From assembly GCA_963516375.1 (NCBI GenBank), contig CAUQBI010000012.1, forward strand, positions 6,562 through 70,561: DNA of 64,000 nt, read 5' to 3'. Both the position numbers and the translations under genes were made by a program. Position 1 is the first letter of the stretch. The number at the start of each line of letters is the position of its first letter. Below are positions 1 to 10,606 of the stretch, one piece after another. The DNA comes from Haemophilus parainfluenzae. Its GTDB lineage: Bacteria > Pseudomonadota > Gammaproteobacteria > Enterobacterales > Pasteurellaceae. Under the pieces are notes generated by a model. It ran no database searches. It saw only the letters and a list, made by a program, of their open reading frames with translations, and was not told where the DNA came from.

Positions 1-1
1 G

Positions 2-274
2 AATGAAGGTCGTATGGGTGTAGCATTAGTGATGGAAAACCAACAACTTAAAGGCATTATTACCGATGGTGATGTGCGCCGAGCATTAACGGCTAATGGT
101 GCAGATACCCTTAACAAGACTGCGAAAGAACTGATGACCTCTTCACCAAAAACGATTCATGAAAATGAATTCTTAGCGAAAGCAGAAGACTTGATGAAAG
201 AGAAGAAAATCCACTCTCTTGTTGTGGTCAATGATGAAAATAATGTTGTTGGTTTAGTGGAGTTCTCAAGCTAA
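2..274 (+). CDS. kdsD: Arabinose-5-phosphate isomerase (KdsD/KpsF family), C-terminal CBS domains; truncated by the window start
   Basis: CBS-pair motifs GIITDGDVRR and KIHSLVVV; overlaps kdsC by 1 nt as in the conserved kdsD-kdsC pair. Confidence 0.88.
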   Translation, partial: NEGRMGVALVMENQQLKGIITDGDVRRALTANGADTLNKTAKELMTSSPKTIHENEFLAKAEDLMKEKKIHSLVVVNDENNVVGLVEFSS

Positions 275-819
275 TGATTAACGAAAAATTAAAGAAAATT
301 AAATTGGTCATCACCGATGTTGATGGCGTATTAACTGACGGACTACTCCATTATGATGCAAATGGCGAAGCCATTAAAAGCTTCCATGTGCGCGATGGAC
401 TTGGTGTCAAAATGTTGATGGATGCAGGTATTCAGGTAGCCGTATTATCGGGCAGAGATTCTGCGATTCTGCGTAAGCGAATTAATGATCTCGGAATTAA
501 ATTGTTCTTTTTAGGCAAACTTGAAAAAGAAAGCGCTTGTTTGGATCTCATGAAACAAGCAGGTGTTACCGCAGAACAAACAGCCTATATTGGTGATGAC
601 AGCGTCGATCTCCCTGCTTTTGCAACCTGCGGACTTTCTTTTGCTGTGGCAGACTCTGCACCTTATGTGCAAAATGCCGTGGATTATGTACTTGCCCTTG
701 GCGGCGGAAAAGGTGCATTCCGTGAAATGTCCGATATGATTTTACATGCTCAGGGCAAAGATGAAGTCTATACTTCAGCCAAAGGCTTTTTAAAATCAGT
801 CAAAAATATGGGACAATAA
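274..819 (+). CDS. kdsC: 3-deoxy-D-manno-octulosonate 8-phosphate phosphatase (HAD family)
   Basis: HAD motifs DVDGVLTDG and YIGDDSVD; GGKGAFRE. Confidence 0.95.
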   Translation: MINEKLKKIKLVITDVDGVLTDGLLHYDANGEAIKSFHVRDGLGVKMLMDAGIQVAVLSGRDSAILRKRINDLGIKLFFLGKLEKESACLDLMKQAGVTAEQTAYIGDDSVDLPAFATCGLSFAVADSAPYVQNAVDYVLALGGGKGAFREMSDMILHAQGKDEVYTSAKGFLKSVKNMGQ

Positions 820-849
820 CACCTATAACACTATTCAAAATACCTAAAA

Positions 850-888
850 AAATAACCGCACTTTGATGATTCAAAAGTGCGGTTATTT
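850..888. terminator. Bidirectional terminator built from an inverted USS pair
   Basis: aaataACCGCACTTt...aAAGTGCGGTtattt between convergent kdsC and letB. Confidence 0.8.
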
Positions 889-899
889 CTTTTTATGTT

Positions 900-3557
900 T
901 TATTGATTTGCCGGTAAAGCACCCGAATTCCAAGTTGGTGCTTCAGCGGGTTTCTTCACTTGCAACATAAAGCGCTGATTTGCCGTTGCTTGTGGTTGAA
1001 CGATCGTACCCGATGGAGTCGAGAACGAAATGCCCCCTTTCAACAATTGCTGTACGCTACCGGTATTAAATTCAGCCCCTTTCCAGCCAAGGTTAAAATC
1101 ATAACCTGATGAAACCCAGAACTCTGAATTTTTACGTACTAAATGTTGATACTTCGGCGTAATCGCAATATGTACCAACACACGATCACCTAAAGAATTC
1201 AATTCAAACTTACGAACGGTTCCCACTTCAACACCGCGATAAAGCACTGGTGAGCCTTCCGTTAAATTCATCGCATCACTGGTTTCCAAAATAAATGGCA
1301 CGCCATTGCTGTATTTATTTCTAGGCTGTGCGGTTTGCGCTAAATTAAACTGTGTTTTTGATGGACCTTTGCCTAACTCAATATCAATGTAAGGCTGTAA
1401 AAGGCTATCTAAGTTTTCAATTCCACCTGCTGAGATTTGTGGGGAAATCACTTTAAATACCGTACCTTCTTTTGCAATCATCCCCATATAACTTGGGTTA
1501 ATTAATGCTTTTGCGGTGATGCGATTTGTTTTTTGATCAAGGGCAATCTGCTCGACTTCACCCACATTCATACCTAGATAACGCAAACTCATTCCTTTAC
1601 TTAAAGCCGTTGCATCATCTGTGAGTAACGTAATCACTTGTCCTGCTGATTTGGCTCGCAGTTCACTTGGATAAAGGGTTTTATTTTTGCCTGATCCTGT
1701 ATTATCAAAACTAATCGCCCCTTTTAATGAACGAGCAACCGGAGAAGCCTGAATACTAATGCCTTTCGGCGTAATATCAATTTGTGCTGCACTTTCTACC
1801 CAGAATACACTTTTATCTGTAAGAAGATTTTGATAAGCCGGATAAATATACACATCAATATCAAAGTTATTGGCTTTCGGTCTTACGTTAATAATTTTAC
1901 CCACTTCAAACTGACGATAAAGCACCACAGAACCTTTACTAATACTTGGCAAATTAGTGGAGTGTAACACAATACTTGGATTCACTAAGTTACCCGTAAT
2001 GCCCGTTTCTGCACTACTGATATCTTTATAAAGTGGATAGCTTGAATGTGGGGCGCCACTTCCTTTTTTAGGTAATACTCTCACCCCACCTTGTAGCCAT
2101 TTTGATGGTGTTGCTGATTCAAAACGTAATCCGTCGATACCAAAACTTACATCAAAATTAGAGGCAGCCACAAATTGAGTGTTCTCATGAATAAGATTGC
2201 GATATTCCGCCGCAATTGCCGCTTCAAATTTCACACCATCAACATTTAAGTGCTGCTTCACAATTTGACCAATAGCAATATTGTTATAAAACACCGATTG
2301 CCCTTCAGTAATACCATAAGTTTCTGGTGCGGTTAAGGTTAAAATCAAAGTATTCGGTGCTTTGAGCAATAACTCATGTTCTCGAATCACATCAAATTGT
2401 GTTTTGCTTTCTCCGCTACCCGGAATAATTTCAAAATAATCTCCGCGGAAGAATTTTTTCGGATTAGCCACATCACCCAAATCTAACTTACGATTTTTTA
2501 ACACAATACGTGTATTCGTTTTTAAGAGGTTAGCTTGGTTTGGATCGATTAATAATGTGCCTTTTAAAATTTCTTCATTATTTTCATCCGTACTTAAAGA
2601 TGAAAGAAGACCCACTTGCTCATCACCATAATAAACCGAGGTTTGCCCTGCATCTAAACCAGCACTCACCGGAATGGTCACCTCAACTTCAATCCCGCGT
2701 TTAGCCGCTTGCAAATTAGAATAAAGTGTATAGTGGCTATTAGTCACAGCTTGTGGGCTATCTGATGGCGAATCAAATGATACCGCACCTTGCACTACTG
2801 CATTTAAACTATCAACCTCTACATTCACACCTGATGCATTAATGTTGGCGTTGATACCACTAATATTCCAGAAACGTGAATCTTTCTTCACAAAATGCGC
2901 GAAGGCTTTATCAATCACCACATCAATTTCAACTTTATTGTCTTTATTGAATCGGTAATCATAAATTTTCCCGACTGGCATTTTTTTGAAATACACAGAA
3001 GCCCCAATCGAAATCGAACCTAAATCATCAGAAATTAAATGAATTAATAAATCACCCGGATTTACTTGCGCAATAGGGCCTTGTTCTTCTGCAATAAATT
3101 CATCCTCAGAATCACCATCACCTGGTTGAAGTGTAATGTAATTTCCTGACACTAAAGAGTCTAAACCTGAAATCCCCGCAAGAGATACACTCGGTTGTAC
3201 AAGCCAGAATTTGGTATTTTCCTTTAACACATCCGTGGCTTCAGAATAAATGTTAGCCTCAACTTTCACTTTTTGCATGTTGTCGGTAAAGTTAACCTTC
3301 TTCACAACACCAATTTGCAAACCTTGATAGCGTATAGGCGTTTTATCTGCAACGAGTCCTGCACCATTAGAGAATGTTATCGTAATGGTCTTTCCTCGTT
3401 CTTGTACAATTTGGAAAAATAAAATGGCACCAATACATAATGCGATAAAAGGTAACAACCAAAACGGTGAGATGCGTTTATTCTTACGTAATAACGCTTC
3501 TACATTGTTAGATTGCTCATCAATAGATTGAGATTCTGGTTTATTGTTTTCTGTCAT
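900..3557 (-). CDS. letB: Multi-MCE-domain lipid transport protein LetB/YebT (PqiB family)
   Basis: N-terminal TM (SPFWLLP) followed by repeated MCE domains (TPIRYQGLQIG, SPVLYRGVEVG); 885 aa. Confidence 0.92.
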   Translation of the reverse strand: MTENNKPESQSIDEQSNNVEALLRKNKRISPFWLLPFIALCIGAILFFQIVQERGKTITITFSNGAGLVADKTPIRYQGLQIGVVKKVNFTDNMQKVKVEANIYSEATDVLKENTKFWLVQPSVSLAGISGLDSLVSGNYITLQPGDGDSEDEFIAEEQGPIAQVNPGDLLIHLISDDLGSISIGASVYFKKMPVGKIYDYRFNKDNKVEIDVVIDKAFAHFVKKDSRFWNISGINANINASGVNVEVDSLNAVVQGAVSFDSPSDSPQAVTNSHYTLYSNLQAAKRGIEVEVTIPVSAGLDAGQTSVYYGDEQVGLLSSLSTDENNEEILKGTLLIDPNQANLLKTNTRIVLKNRKLDLGDVANPKKFFRGDYFEIIPGSGESKTQFDVIREHELLLKAPNTLILTLTAPETYGITEGQSVFYNNIAIGQIVKQHLNVDGVKFEAAIAAEYRNLIHENTQFVAASNFDVSFGIDGLRFESATPSKWLQGGVRVLPKKGSGAPHSSYPLYKDISSAETGITGNLVNPSIVLHSTNLPSISKGSVVLYRQFEVGKIINVRPKANNFDIDVYIYPAYQNLLTDKSVFWVESAAQIDITPKGISIQASPVARSLKGAISFDNTGSGKNKTLYPSELRAKSAGQVITLLTDDATALSKGMSLRYLGMNVGEVEQIALDQKTNRITAKALINPSYMGMIAKEGTVFKVISPQISAGGIENLDSLLQPYIDIELGKGPSKTQFNLAQTAQPRNKYSNGVPFILETSDAMNLTEGSPVLYRGVEVGTVRKFELNSLGDRVLVHIAITPKYQHLVRKNSEFWVSSGYDFNLGWKGAEFNTGSVQQLLKGGISFSTPSGTIVQPQATANQRFMLQVKKPAEAPTWNSGALPANQ

Positions 3558-4794
3558 AAATTTTCCAAATTAATCGACTATCAAACTGAGAAGTTGAAAT
3601 CATAGTTAAAAACACTGCTGCACCGAAATAAAATGCCGCAGGGCCTACAGTAAAATTAATAATCTGTCCGCGTGTTACTAGAGACATCATCAAGGCTAGC
3701 ACAAAAAGATCCAGCATTGACCAACGTCCTACAAAGTGAACGATATGTAATAATCGCATTTGCCATTTAATTGAATGTCGCCATTTAAAATGCACGCTTG
3801 CCAGTAAATACAACATAATCAGGATTTTGCTTACGGGCACAAAAATACTGGCGAAGAATACCACGAAAGCAACAAAATAGCTGCCCATGCTTATAAATGA
3901 CATTACGCCCGACATCAAGGTATCTTGTGACAAACTTCCTGTCAAATAAACGCCAGAGATTGGGAGCAGGTTTGCAGGGAAAAGCATGATAATCCCCGCC
4001 ACTAATGTCGCCCAAACACGTTGTAATTTTACACTCTCTGGTATTTCAATAAGCGACGCACAACGTGGGCAAATGGCTCGATGACGGTGATCGTATTGTT
4101 GATCTTCTTTTAAAAAAGTGTAATCGCAAGCAGTACAAAGCTCTAACGGTTTATCACTTTTGGTAACCGGTTTCTGATCGGGATAAAAATCATGCCATAA
4201 ATCATCTAAATTAATTTTAATGAATAATAAAGTGGTTAAAAGCGCAGTAAAAACAAAAGCAATTAAATACACCTCCACTTCTAATGTGGCATATTCGCGC
4301 ACTTTAAACATGGTGACACCCAGTGCAACTAAATAGACGTCAAACATGACCCAAGGCTTAATATAACCCACAAAGAATAAGACATTACGAGGCTTAATTT
4401 TGAGTAATTTAGAAAGCTGCAACATAATGACTAAAATCGCAAAAGATACAGGCATTAAAACAGCACAGATAAAAATCATAAATGCAGTATAGGAATATCC
4501 CTCCACTGCCATTTTCCAAATTCCTTTCCAAACAGAAGCATCAATTTTAGTACCCAGTAAATCTAAGCTCAATAAAGGATAGCCTAAAGCAAATGGCATT
4601 AAAATTAAGATAGAAAGGGCGATTAATGAACAACGTTTAAGTGACCAACGACTTCCTGATTGCAATTTATGATGGCAACGCGGACATTGCGCGTATTCCC
4701 CTTCTTGCGGACGACGAACAGACACTGTTGCATCGCATTCTATGCAACGCACTAGTCTATAAGTGGCATGAGTAAAATCAGGTGTTTTTGTCAT
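3541..4794 (-). CDS. letA: Inner-membrane protein LetA/YebS (PqiA family)
   Basis: CxxC zinc-ribbon pairs, PANLLP and GRWSMLDLFV motifs; overlaps letB. Confidence 0.92.
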   Translation of the reverse strand: MTKTPDFTHATYRLVRCIECDATVSVRRPQEGEYAQCPRCHHKLQSGSRWSLKRCSLIALSILILMPFALGYPLLSLDLLGTKIDASVWKGIWKMAVEGYSYTAFMIFICAVLMPVSFAILVIMLQLSKLLKIKPRNVLFFVGYIKPWVMFDVYLVALGVTMFKVREYATLEVEVYLIAFVFTALLTTLLFIKINLDDLWHDFYPDQKPVTKSDKPLELCTACDYTFLKEDQQYDHRHRAICPRCASLIEIPESVKLQRVWATLVAGIIMLFPANLLPISGVYLTGSLSQDTLMSGVMSFISMGSYFVAFVVFFASIFVPVSKILIMLYLLASVHFKWRHSIKWQMRLLHIVHFVGRWSMLDLFVLALMMSLVTRGQIINFTVGPAAFYFGAAVFLTMISTSQFDSRLIWKIYDRKQ

Positions 4795-4895
4795 TATGTT
4801 TTCAGAAATTATAAAAGTGGACTATTTTAGCCTGAATTAAGGGAATTTGTGAAGTTATTCATTAGAATTAGAAACGGAATTATTCTGTCCAACCA

Positions 4896-4925
4896 TTGTC
4901 AATCCTTATAAAAGTGCGGTAAACT
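4896..4925 (+). promoter_or_regulatory. Candidate sigma70 promoter for proQ-prc
   Basis: TTGTCA-N18-TAAACT with a USS in the spacer. Confidence 0.4.
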
Positions 4926-4963
4926 GTGCAAGTTTTTATTTTTTATCCTAGGAAAACTCAGAA

Positions 4964-5611
4964 ATGACAGATTCTCAAGTTGAAGCCCAAGTTGAAAATA
5001 ATGCTGAAGGCGTTCAAAAATTAACTGATACAAAAGCGATCATTGCATATCTTGTAGAAAAATTCCCACTTTGCTTTATTGCTGAAGGTGAAGCAAAGCC
5101 ATTAAAAATTGGGCTTTTCCAAGATCTTGCTGAAGCATTAAAAGATGATGAACGTGTCAGCAAAACTCAATTACGTCAGGCTTTACGTCAATACACTTCT
5201 AACTGGCGCTATTTACACGGTTGCCGTGAAGGTGCTGAGCGTGTGGATTTATACGGCAACCCTGCTGGTGTATTAGACGCAGAACATGTTTCTCATGCGA
5301 CTCAACAATTAGCAGATGCAAAAGCTAAATTTGCAGAAAAACGCAAAGCAGAATTAGCAGCCAAAAAAGCACAACAAAAACGACCTGCTCGTAAACCAAA
5401 TTCAAATCAAGCAACTCGCAAACCAAAAGCCCCGCAAGTAAAACTAAGTGCGGTTGATTTCACAACACTTTCTGCAGGTAGCAAAGTGAAAGTGAAAGTA
5501 GCAGAACAAGCGAAAAATGCGACCGTATTAAATGTGGAAAAAGATGGCGCACGCGTAGAACTTGAAAATGGTTTAGTGATGACAGTCACCGCAGATCGTT
5601 TATTTGCCTAA
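4964..5611 (+). CDS. proQ: RNA chaperone ProQ
   Basis: FinO domain (KPLKIGLFQDL, LRQYTSNWRYL) plus C-terminal Tudor-like domain; upstream of prc. Confidence 0.97.
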   Translation: MTDSQVEAQVENNAEGVQKLTDTKAIIAYLVEKFPLCFIAEGEAKPLKIGLFQDLAEALKDDERVSKTQLRQALRQYTSNWRYLHGCREGAERVDLYGNPAGVLDAEHVSHATQQLADAKAKFAEKRKAELAAKKAQQKRPARKPNSNQATRKPKAPQVKLSAVDFTTLSAGSKVKVKVAEQAKNATVLNVEKDGARVELENGLVMTVTADRLFA

Positions 5612-5639
5612 TAATTTATTTCTTATCGGGAAAGGTTAA

Positions 5640-7709
5640 ATGAAATTACATACAACCAAAAGTCTTATTGCGACAGCAATTTTAGGTGCGTTATTTCTTC
5701 ATTCGTCTGACACATTTGCCGTGCAGCCGAAATTAAAGCAAAGCGATATTACGACTCCTTCGGCAACTGATGCAAATCAGTTAGCAACAAAGCGTGCAAC
5801 AACACGTTTAACCCAATCACATTATCGTAAATTTCAGCTTGATGACGCCTTTTCCGAAAAGATTTTTGACCGTTATATTAAAAGTTTAGATTACAGCCAT
5901 AACACCTTTTTAAAATCAGATATTGATGATTTACGTGCTAAATATGGTTCTAAATTAGATGATCAACTTAATGAAGGCGATCTTTCTGCGGCATTTGCTA
6001 TTTACGATCTGATGATGAAACGCCGTTATGAGCGTTATGCTTATGCATTATCTTTATTAGATAAAGAACCTGATTTAAAAGGTAATGATCAAATTGAGAT
6101 CGATCGTGAAAAAGCTGCGTTCCCAGCAACGGAAGAAGAAGCCAATAAGCTTTGGGAAGAACGTGTCAAAAATGATGTAATCAGCCTGAAATTAAAAGAT
6201 AAAAAATGGCCTGAAATTAAAGAAAAACTGACTAAACGCTACAATTTAGCCATTCGTCGATTAACTCAAACCAAAGCTGATGACATTGTTCAGATTTATA
6301 TTAATGCCTTTGCTCGAGAAATCGATCCGCATACAAGCTACCTTGCTCCGCGTACTGCAAAAAGCTTTAATGAAAGTATGAATCTTTCCTTAGAAGGAAT
6401 TGGTGCGACATTACAATCTGAAGAAGACGAAACCAGCATCAAGTCTTTAGTACCAGGAGCACCGGCTGAACGCAGTAAAAAATTACAAGCAGGCGATAAA
6501 ATTATTGGTGTGGGTCAAGAAAAAGGCGAAATCGAAGATATTATCGGTTGGCGTTTAGAAGATATCGTTGACAAAATTAAAGGGAAAAAAGGAACAAAAG
6601 TTCGTCTTGAAATTGAACCTGCAAAAGGTGGAAAAAGCCGTATTGTCACTTTAGTGCGCGATAAAGTACGTATTGAAGACCAAGCAGCAAAACTCACTGT
6701 TTCTAAAGTAGAAGGTGAAACAGTTGGTGTCATTAAAATCCCAAGTTTCTATATTGGTTTAACTGATGATGTGAAAAAATTATTAGTAGATGCTGAGAAG
6801 AAAAAAATTGGCGCTTTAATTGTGGATCTTCGTGAAAATGGCGGTGGTGCTTTAACAGAAGCCGTCGCATTGAGTGGTTTATTCATTACTGATGGTCCGG
6901 TGGTTCAAGTTCGTGATGCTTATCAACGTATTCGTGTACACGAAGATGATGATAATGCTCAGCAATATAAAGGTCCATTATTGGTGATGATTAATCGTTT
7001 CAGTGCGTCTGCTTCTGAAATCTTTGCTGCAGCAATGCAAGATTACAACCGTGGTATCATCATTGGGCAAAATACCTTTGGTAAAGGTACGGTACAACAA
7101 AGTCGTTCATTAAACTTTGTTTATGATTTAGACCAAACACCACTTGGTGTGTTGCAATACACTATCCAAAAATTCTATCGAATTAATGGTGGTTCAACCC
7201 AATTAAAAGGTGTAGCAGCTGATATTAATTTCCCTGAAATTATTGATGCCAAAGAAATTGGTGAAGAAAAAGAAGATAACGCCTTACCTTGGGATAAAAT
7301 TCCGCCGGCAACTTATTCTGAAACCAATAAAGCGCGTAAAGATGTTGAAGCATTAAATGAAAAACATCTAGAGCGTATTGCAAAAGATCCTGAATTTATT
7401 GCTTTAAATGAAGATCTTAAGATTCGTGATGAACGCCGTGAGCGTAAATTCTTATCATTGAATTTCCAAGAGCGAAAAGCGGAAAATGATAAAGATGATG
7501 CGAGACGTTTAAAAGATCTCAATGATCGTTTTAAACGTGAAGGTAAAAAAGCATTAAAAGACATTGATGATTTGCCAAAAGACTATGAAGCACCTGATTT
7601 CTTCTTAAAAGAAGCGGAAAAAATGGCAGCTGATTTAGTGAAACTTAGTGCGAATCAACAAAAAGTGGATGCTGAAATAAAACAAGAAGCGGCAAAAGCA
7701 ACAAAATAA
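5640..7709 (+). CDS. prc: Tail-specific periplasmic protease Prc/Tsp
   Basis: Signal peptide, PDZ domain, S41 motifs DLRENGGG, SASASEIFA and TFGKGTVQ. Confidence 0.97.
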   Translation: MKLHTTKSLIATAILGALFLHSSDTFAVQPKLKQSDITTPSATDANQLATKRATTRLTQSHYRKFQLDDAFSEKIFDRYIKSLDYSHNTFLKSDIDDLRAKYGSKLDDQLNEGDLSAAFAIYDLMMKRRYERYAYALSLLDKEPDLKGNDQIEIDREKAAFPATEEEANKLWEERVKNDVISLKLKDKKWPEIKEKLTKRYNLAIRRLTQTKADDIVQIYINAFAREIDPHTSYLAPRTAKSFNESMNLSLEGIGATLQSEEDETSIKSLVPGAPAERSKKLQAGDKIIGVGQEKGEIEDIIGWRLEDIVDKIKGKKGTKVRLEIEPAKGGKSRIVTLVRDKVRIEDQAAKLTVSKVEGETVGVIKIPSFYIGLTDDVKKLLVDAEKKKIGALIVDLRENGGGALTEAVALSGLFITDGPVVQVRDAYQRIRVHEDDDNAQQYKGPLLVMINRFSASASEIFAAAMQDYNRGIIIGQNTFGKGTVQQSRSLNFVYDLDQTPLGVLQYTIQKFYRINGGSTQLKGVAADINFPEIIDAKEIGEEKEDNALPWDKIPPATYSETNKARKDVEALNEKHLERIAKDPEFIALNEDLKIRDERRERKFLSLNFQERKAENDKDDARRLKDLNDRFKREGKKALKDIDDLPKDYEAPDFFLKEAEKMAADLVKLSANQQKVDAEIKQEAAKATK

Positions 7710-7789
7710 CGATTATTTTGACCGCACTTTAGCAGATGAAAAAAACTGAAGTGCGGTTATTTTTTATGAATATTTTTAAAGGTACAGCA

Positions 7790-9259
7790 ATGTTAAAAGG
7801 AACAATGAAATTAAGCGCATTAGTCTTATCATTATCAATGATGACGTCAGGTTGTGCGTTAGCTGAATGGGCCAAAACAGTTGGGCAATCTCAACAAGCC
7901 GAAAATAAAGGCGTTGATATGTCTAAATTAAGTCCTGAAGAGCGAGCAAAACTTGAAGCTGAAATTAAAGAAGATCAAGCTCGTTTAGCCGCTGAAAAGC
8001 AAGCGATGTTAGAGATGTCATTAACGCATGAAATTGGTGAACAAAATCTACAGTTCAAACCAATTTTGGCTAAATTATATGCTGATAATAAATATGACTT
8101 AATGTGGAAAGACAAGACGGCAGAGAAACAATTCCTACGTGAATATGCCGCCATGGTAGCATCAGGCATTTCTAAACGTTCAGCGCAATTATTAGTTAAT
8201 TTATATAACGCTGAAAAAACGGGCGGACTCACCTACGATGTGTTGTTAAGTGATGCTTTCCTTGATTACTTGTATTACAGCAAGAATGTAAATCAACAAG
8301 CACAACGTTGGTTATACGGAACGAATGCTTATAAACCTGAATTACCAAATCAAGAAATGATTGACCAATGGCAAAGTGCGGTTAAAAACAATGCTGTTTC
8401 TGGTTTTGTAAACGGATTATCTAACCATAATCGTTTATACCGTGAAACCGTACAAGCACTCCCATCAATGATTTCAGCTTCAGGTATTTCTGCAATGGGT
8501 AAAAAACTTGCCCTTAATGCACAACGTTTACGCGTTATTCCTGATTTTGAAAATGGAATCTTTGTTAATATTCCAAGCTATCAATTGAAATATTATCGTG
8601 ATGGCAAAGCAATTTTAGAATCTCGCGTTATTGTAGGGAAAAATGAACGTCGTACACCGGTGATGTACAGTCGTTTGAGCAATGTAGTTGTTAATCCACC
8701 TTGGAATGCTCCAACACGTTTAATCAATGAAGATATTTTACCGAAATTAAAACGTGACCCTGGCTATGCGGCTGCACACAACTACTCTATTTTGGATAGC
8801 AAAGGTAATACTATCGATCCTTACTCAATTAATTGGAGTAGCATTGGTGATAAATTCCCGTACCGTATCCGTCAAGCCGCTGGTGACAGTGCATTAGGTA
8901 ACTATAAATTTAATATGCCAAGCTCTGATGCGATTTATCTTCACGATACACCAAATCATAGCTTATTCAGCAAAAAAGACCGTGCATTAAGCTCAGGTTG
9001 TGTGCGTGTAGAAAAATCCGATCAACTTGCCTCTATTCTGTTACAAGAAGCTGGCTGGTCAGAAGATAAAAAACGTAACGTTTTAGAAAGTAAGAAAACA
9101 ACGTCTGCAAACATTCGTACAAATGATCCTGTATTCTTGTATTATGTGACTGCATGGGTTGAAAACGGCCAAACACAAGTTTTACCGGATATTTATAAAT
9201 ATGACGATACCGCGACTTTTAATGGTATTGACTGGGCTGTTGTAAAAAAATATCTTTAA
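7790..9259 (+). CDS. ldtD: L,D-transpeptidase YcbB/LdtD (start 7790 or 7805; the ORF-track start runs through a USS hairpin)
   Basis: YkuD motif IYLHDTP...SSGCVRV and VVNPPWN; ycbB-ycbK-ycbL synteny. Confidence 0.9.
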   Translation: MLKGTMKLSALVLSLSMMTSGCALAEWAKTVGQSQQAENKGVDMSKLSPEERAKLEAEIKEDQARLAAEKQAMLEMSLTHEIGEQNLQFKPILAKLYADNKYDLMWKDKTAEKQFLREYAAMVASGISKRSAQLLVNLYNAEKTGGLTYDVLLSDAFLDYLYYSKNVNQQAQRWLYGTNAYKPELPNQEMIDQWQSAVKNNAVSGFVNGLSNHNRLYRETVQALPSMISASGISAMGKKLALNAQRLRVIPDFENGIFVNIPSYQLKYYRDGKAILESRVIVGKNERRTPVMYSRLSNVVVNPPWNAPTRLINEDILPKLKRDPGYAAAHNYSILDSKGNTIDPYSINWSSIGDKFPYRIRQAAGDSALGNYKFNMPSSDAIYLHDTPNHSLFSKKDRALSSGCVRVEKSDQLASILLQEAGWSEDKKRNVLESKKTTSANIRTNDPVFLYYVTAWVENGQTQVLPDIYKYDDTATFNGIDWAVVKKYL

Positions 9260-9334
9260 ACAATGTTCACGCTAGAACTTTTTAAAGAAAAAATTGTCTA
9301 GGGTGAGAGATGGGTAATAAAAGAGACTAAAAAA

Positions 9335-9895
9335 ATGGGTAACATTGACAAAAATCGTCGTAAATGGCTTTCATTAGGCGGCATCGTTTTAGGCGCAAGC
9401 ATGATGCCGAGTACGGTGTTAGCGATGGTCTCTACCCCTAAACCGCGTATTCTCAGCTTCTATAATGTCAATACCAATGAACGATTAAGCGGTGAGTTCT
9501 CTGCAACGACTGGATTTAATCGTTCATTACTTGGTAAACTTGATTACTTCATGAGAGATCGCCGTACTGACCAAGTACGCCGAATGGATCCGAATCTCTT
9601 CATGAAGTTTTATCATTTACAAAGTAATTTAGGTTTACGCACTGCGCAAATTGATGTGATTTGTGGCTATCGTAGTGCTGCGACAAATGCCATGCGCCGT
9701 AAACAAAGCCGTGACGTAGCAAGCAACAGCTATCATATTAAAGGCCAAGCGATTGATTTTAAAATCCCTGGTGTACCTTTAGCAAGATTACGCCAAGCGG
9801 CTGAAAACCTTGATAGCGGTGGTGTAGGATATTACCCATATAGTAATTTTATTCACGTGGATACTGGCCCTGTAAGAACATGGCGTGGTGCATAA
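9335..9895 (+). CDS. mepK: Tat-exported peptidoglycan endopeptidase MepK/YcbK (M15 family)
   Basis: Twin-arginine NRRKWL; CGYRS, SYHIKGQAID and FIHVDTGPVRTW. Confidence 0.92.
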   Translation: MGNIDKNRRKWLSLGGIVLGASMMPSTVLAMVSTPKPRILSFYNVNTNERLSGEFSATTGFNRSLLGKLDYFMRDRRTDQVRRMDPNLFMKFYHLQSNLGLRTAQIDVICGYRSAATNAMRRKQSRDVASNSYHIKGQAIDFKIPGVPLARLRQAAENLDSGGVGYYPYSNFIHVDTGPVRTWRGA

Positions 9896-9959
9896 AAAAC
9901 AGTTTAATTTTAGACCGCACTTTAGTGCGGTTTTTTGTTATCAACGATAAGGAAAAAAG

Positions 9960-10589
9960 ATGAATATTGAAATTATTCCAGTTACAGCCTTTCAGCAAAA
10001 TTGCTCTCTTATTTGGGATGATGAAAAAAATGCGGCAATTATCGATCCTGGTGGCAATGCGGAAAAGCTTATTCTACGCATTGAGGAATTAGAATTAAAC
10101 CTAAAAGCAGTCTTATTAACACATGGCCATCTTGATCATGTAGGTGCTGCAGAAGCGATTCGTGATCATTTTAATATTGAAATCTGGGGCTCACAGGAAG
10201 AAGATCGCTTTCTGTTTGAAAGTCTACCACAACAATCTCAGCAGTTTGGCTTACCTTATATTTCTGCATTTACACCCGATCGCTGGTTTAATCAAGAAGG
10301 CGAAAAAATTCAAATTGGCACATTTACCTTTGAAATTCTTCACCTTCCTGGTCATACACCTGGCCATATTGGTTTTATTGAACACGAAAAAAACATCGCC
10401 TTTACCGGTGATGTCCTTTTCCAAAACTGTATTGGTCGTACGGACTTCCCTCGCGGGGATTTCAACACATTGATCTCATCAATCAAGAATAAATTATTTA
10501 CGTTAAATAATGATATGGTTGTCATTGCGGGACATGGCCCTTACACAACTATTGGACAAGAAAAACGAAGCAATCCGTTTTTGAAGTAA
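9960..10589 (+). CDS. gloC: Metallo-beta-lactamase-fold hydrolase, glyoxalase II-like GloC/YcbL
   Basis: THGHLDH, PGHTPGH and IGRTDFP motifs. Confidence 0.9.
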   Translation: MNIEIIPVTAFQQNCSLIWDDEKNAAIIDPGGNAEKLILRIEELELNLKAVLLTHGHLDHVGAAEAIRDHFNIEIWGSQEEDRFLFESLPQQSQQFGLPYISAFTPDRWFNQEGEKIQIGTFTFEILHLPGHTPGHIGFIEHEKNIAFTGDVLFQNCIGRTDFPRGDFNTLISSIKNKLFTLNNDMVVIAGHGPYTTIGQEKRSNPFLK

Positions 10590-10606
10590 AGAGCTGAATT
10601 TTGGAT

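Noticed and set aside
7736..7789. N-terminal extensions in the ORF track (also potA, ygiF, ygiM, argR, riboflavin synthase, MATE and YbaN-like)
   Set aside because: They run through terminators, USS or promoters; downstream starts fit SD position or family N-termini better
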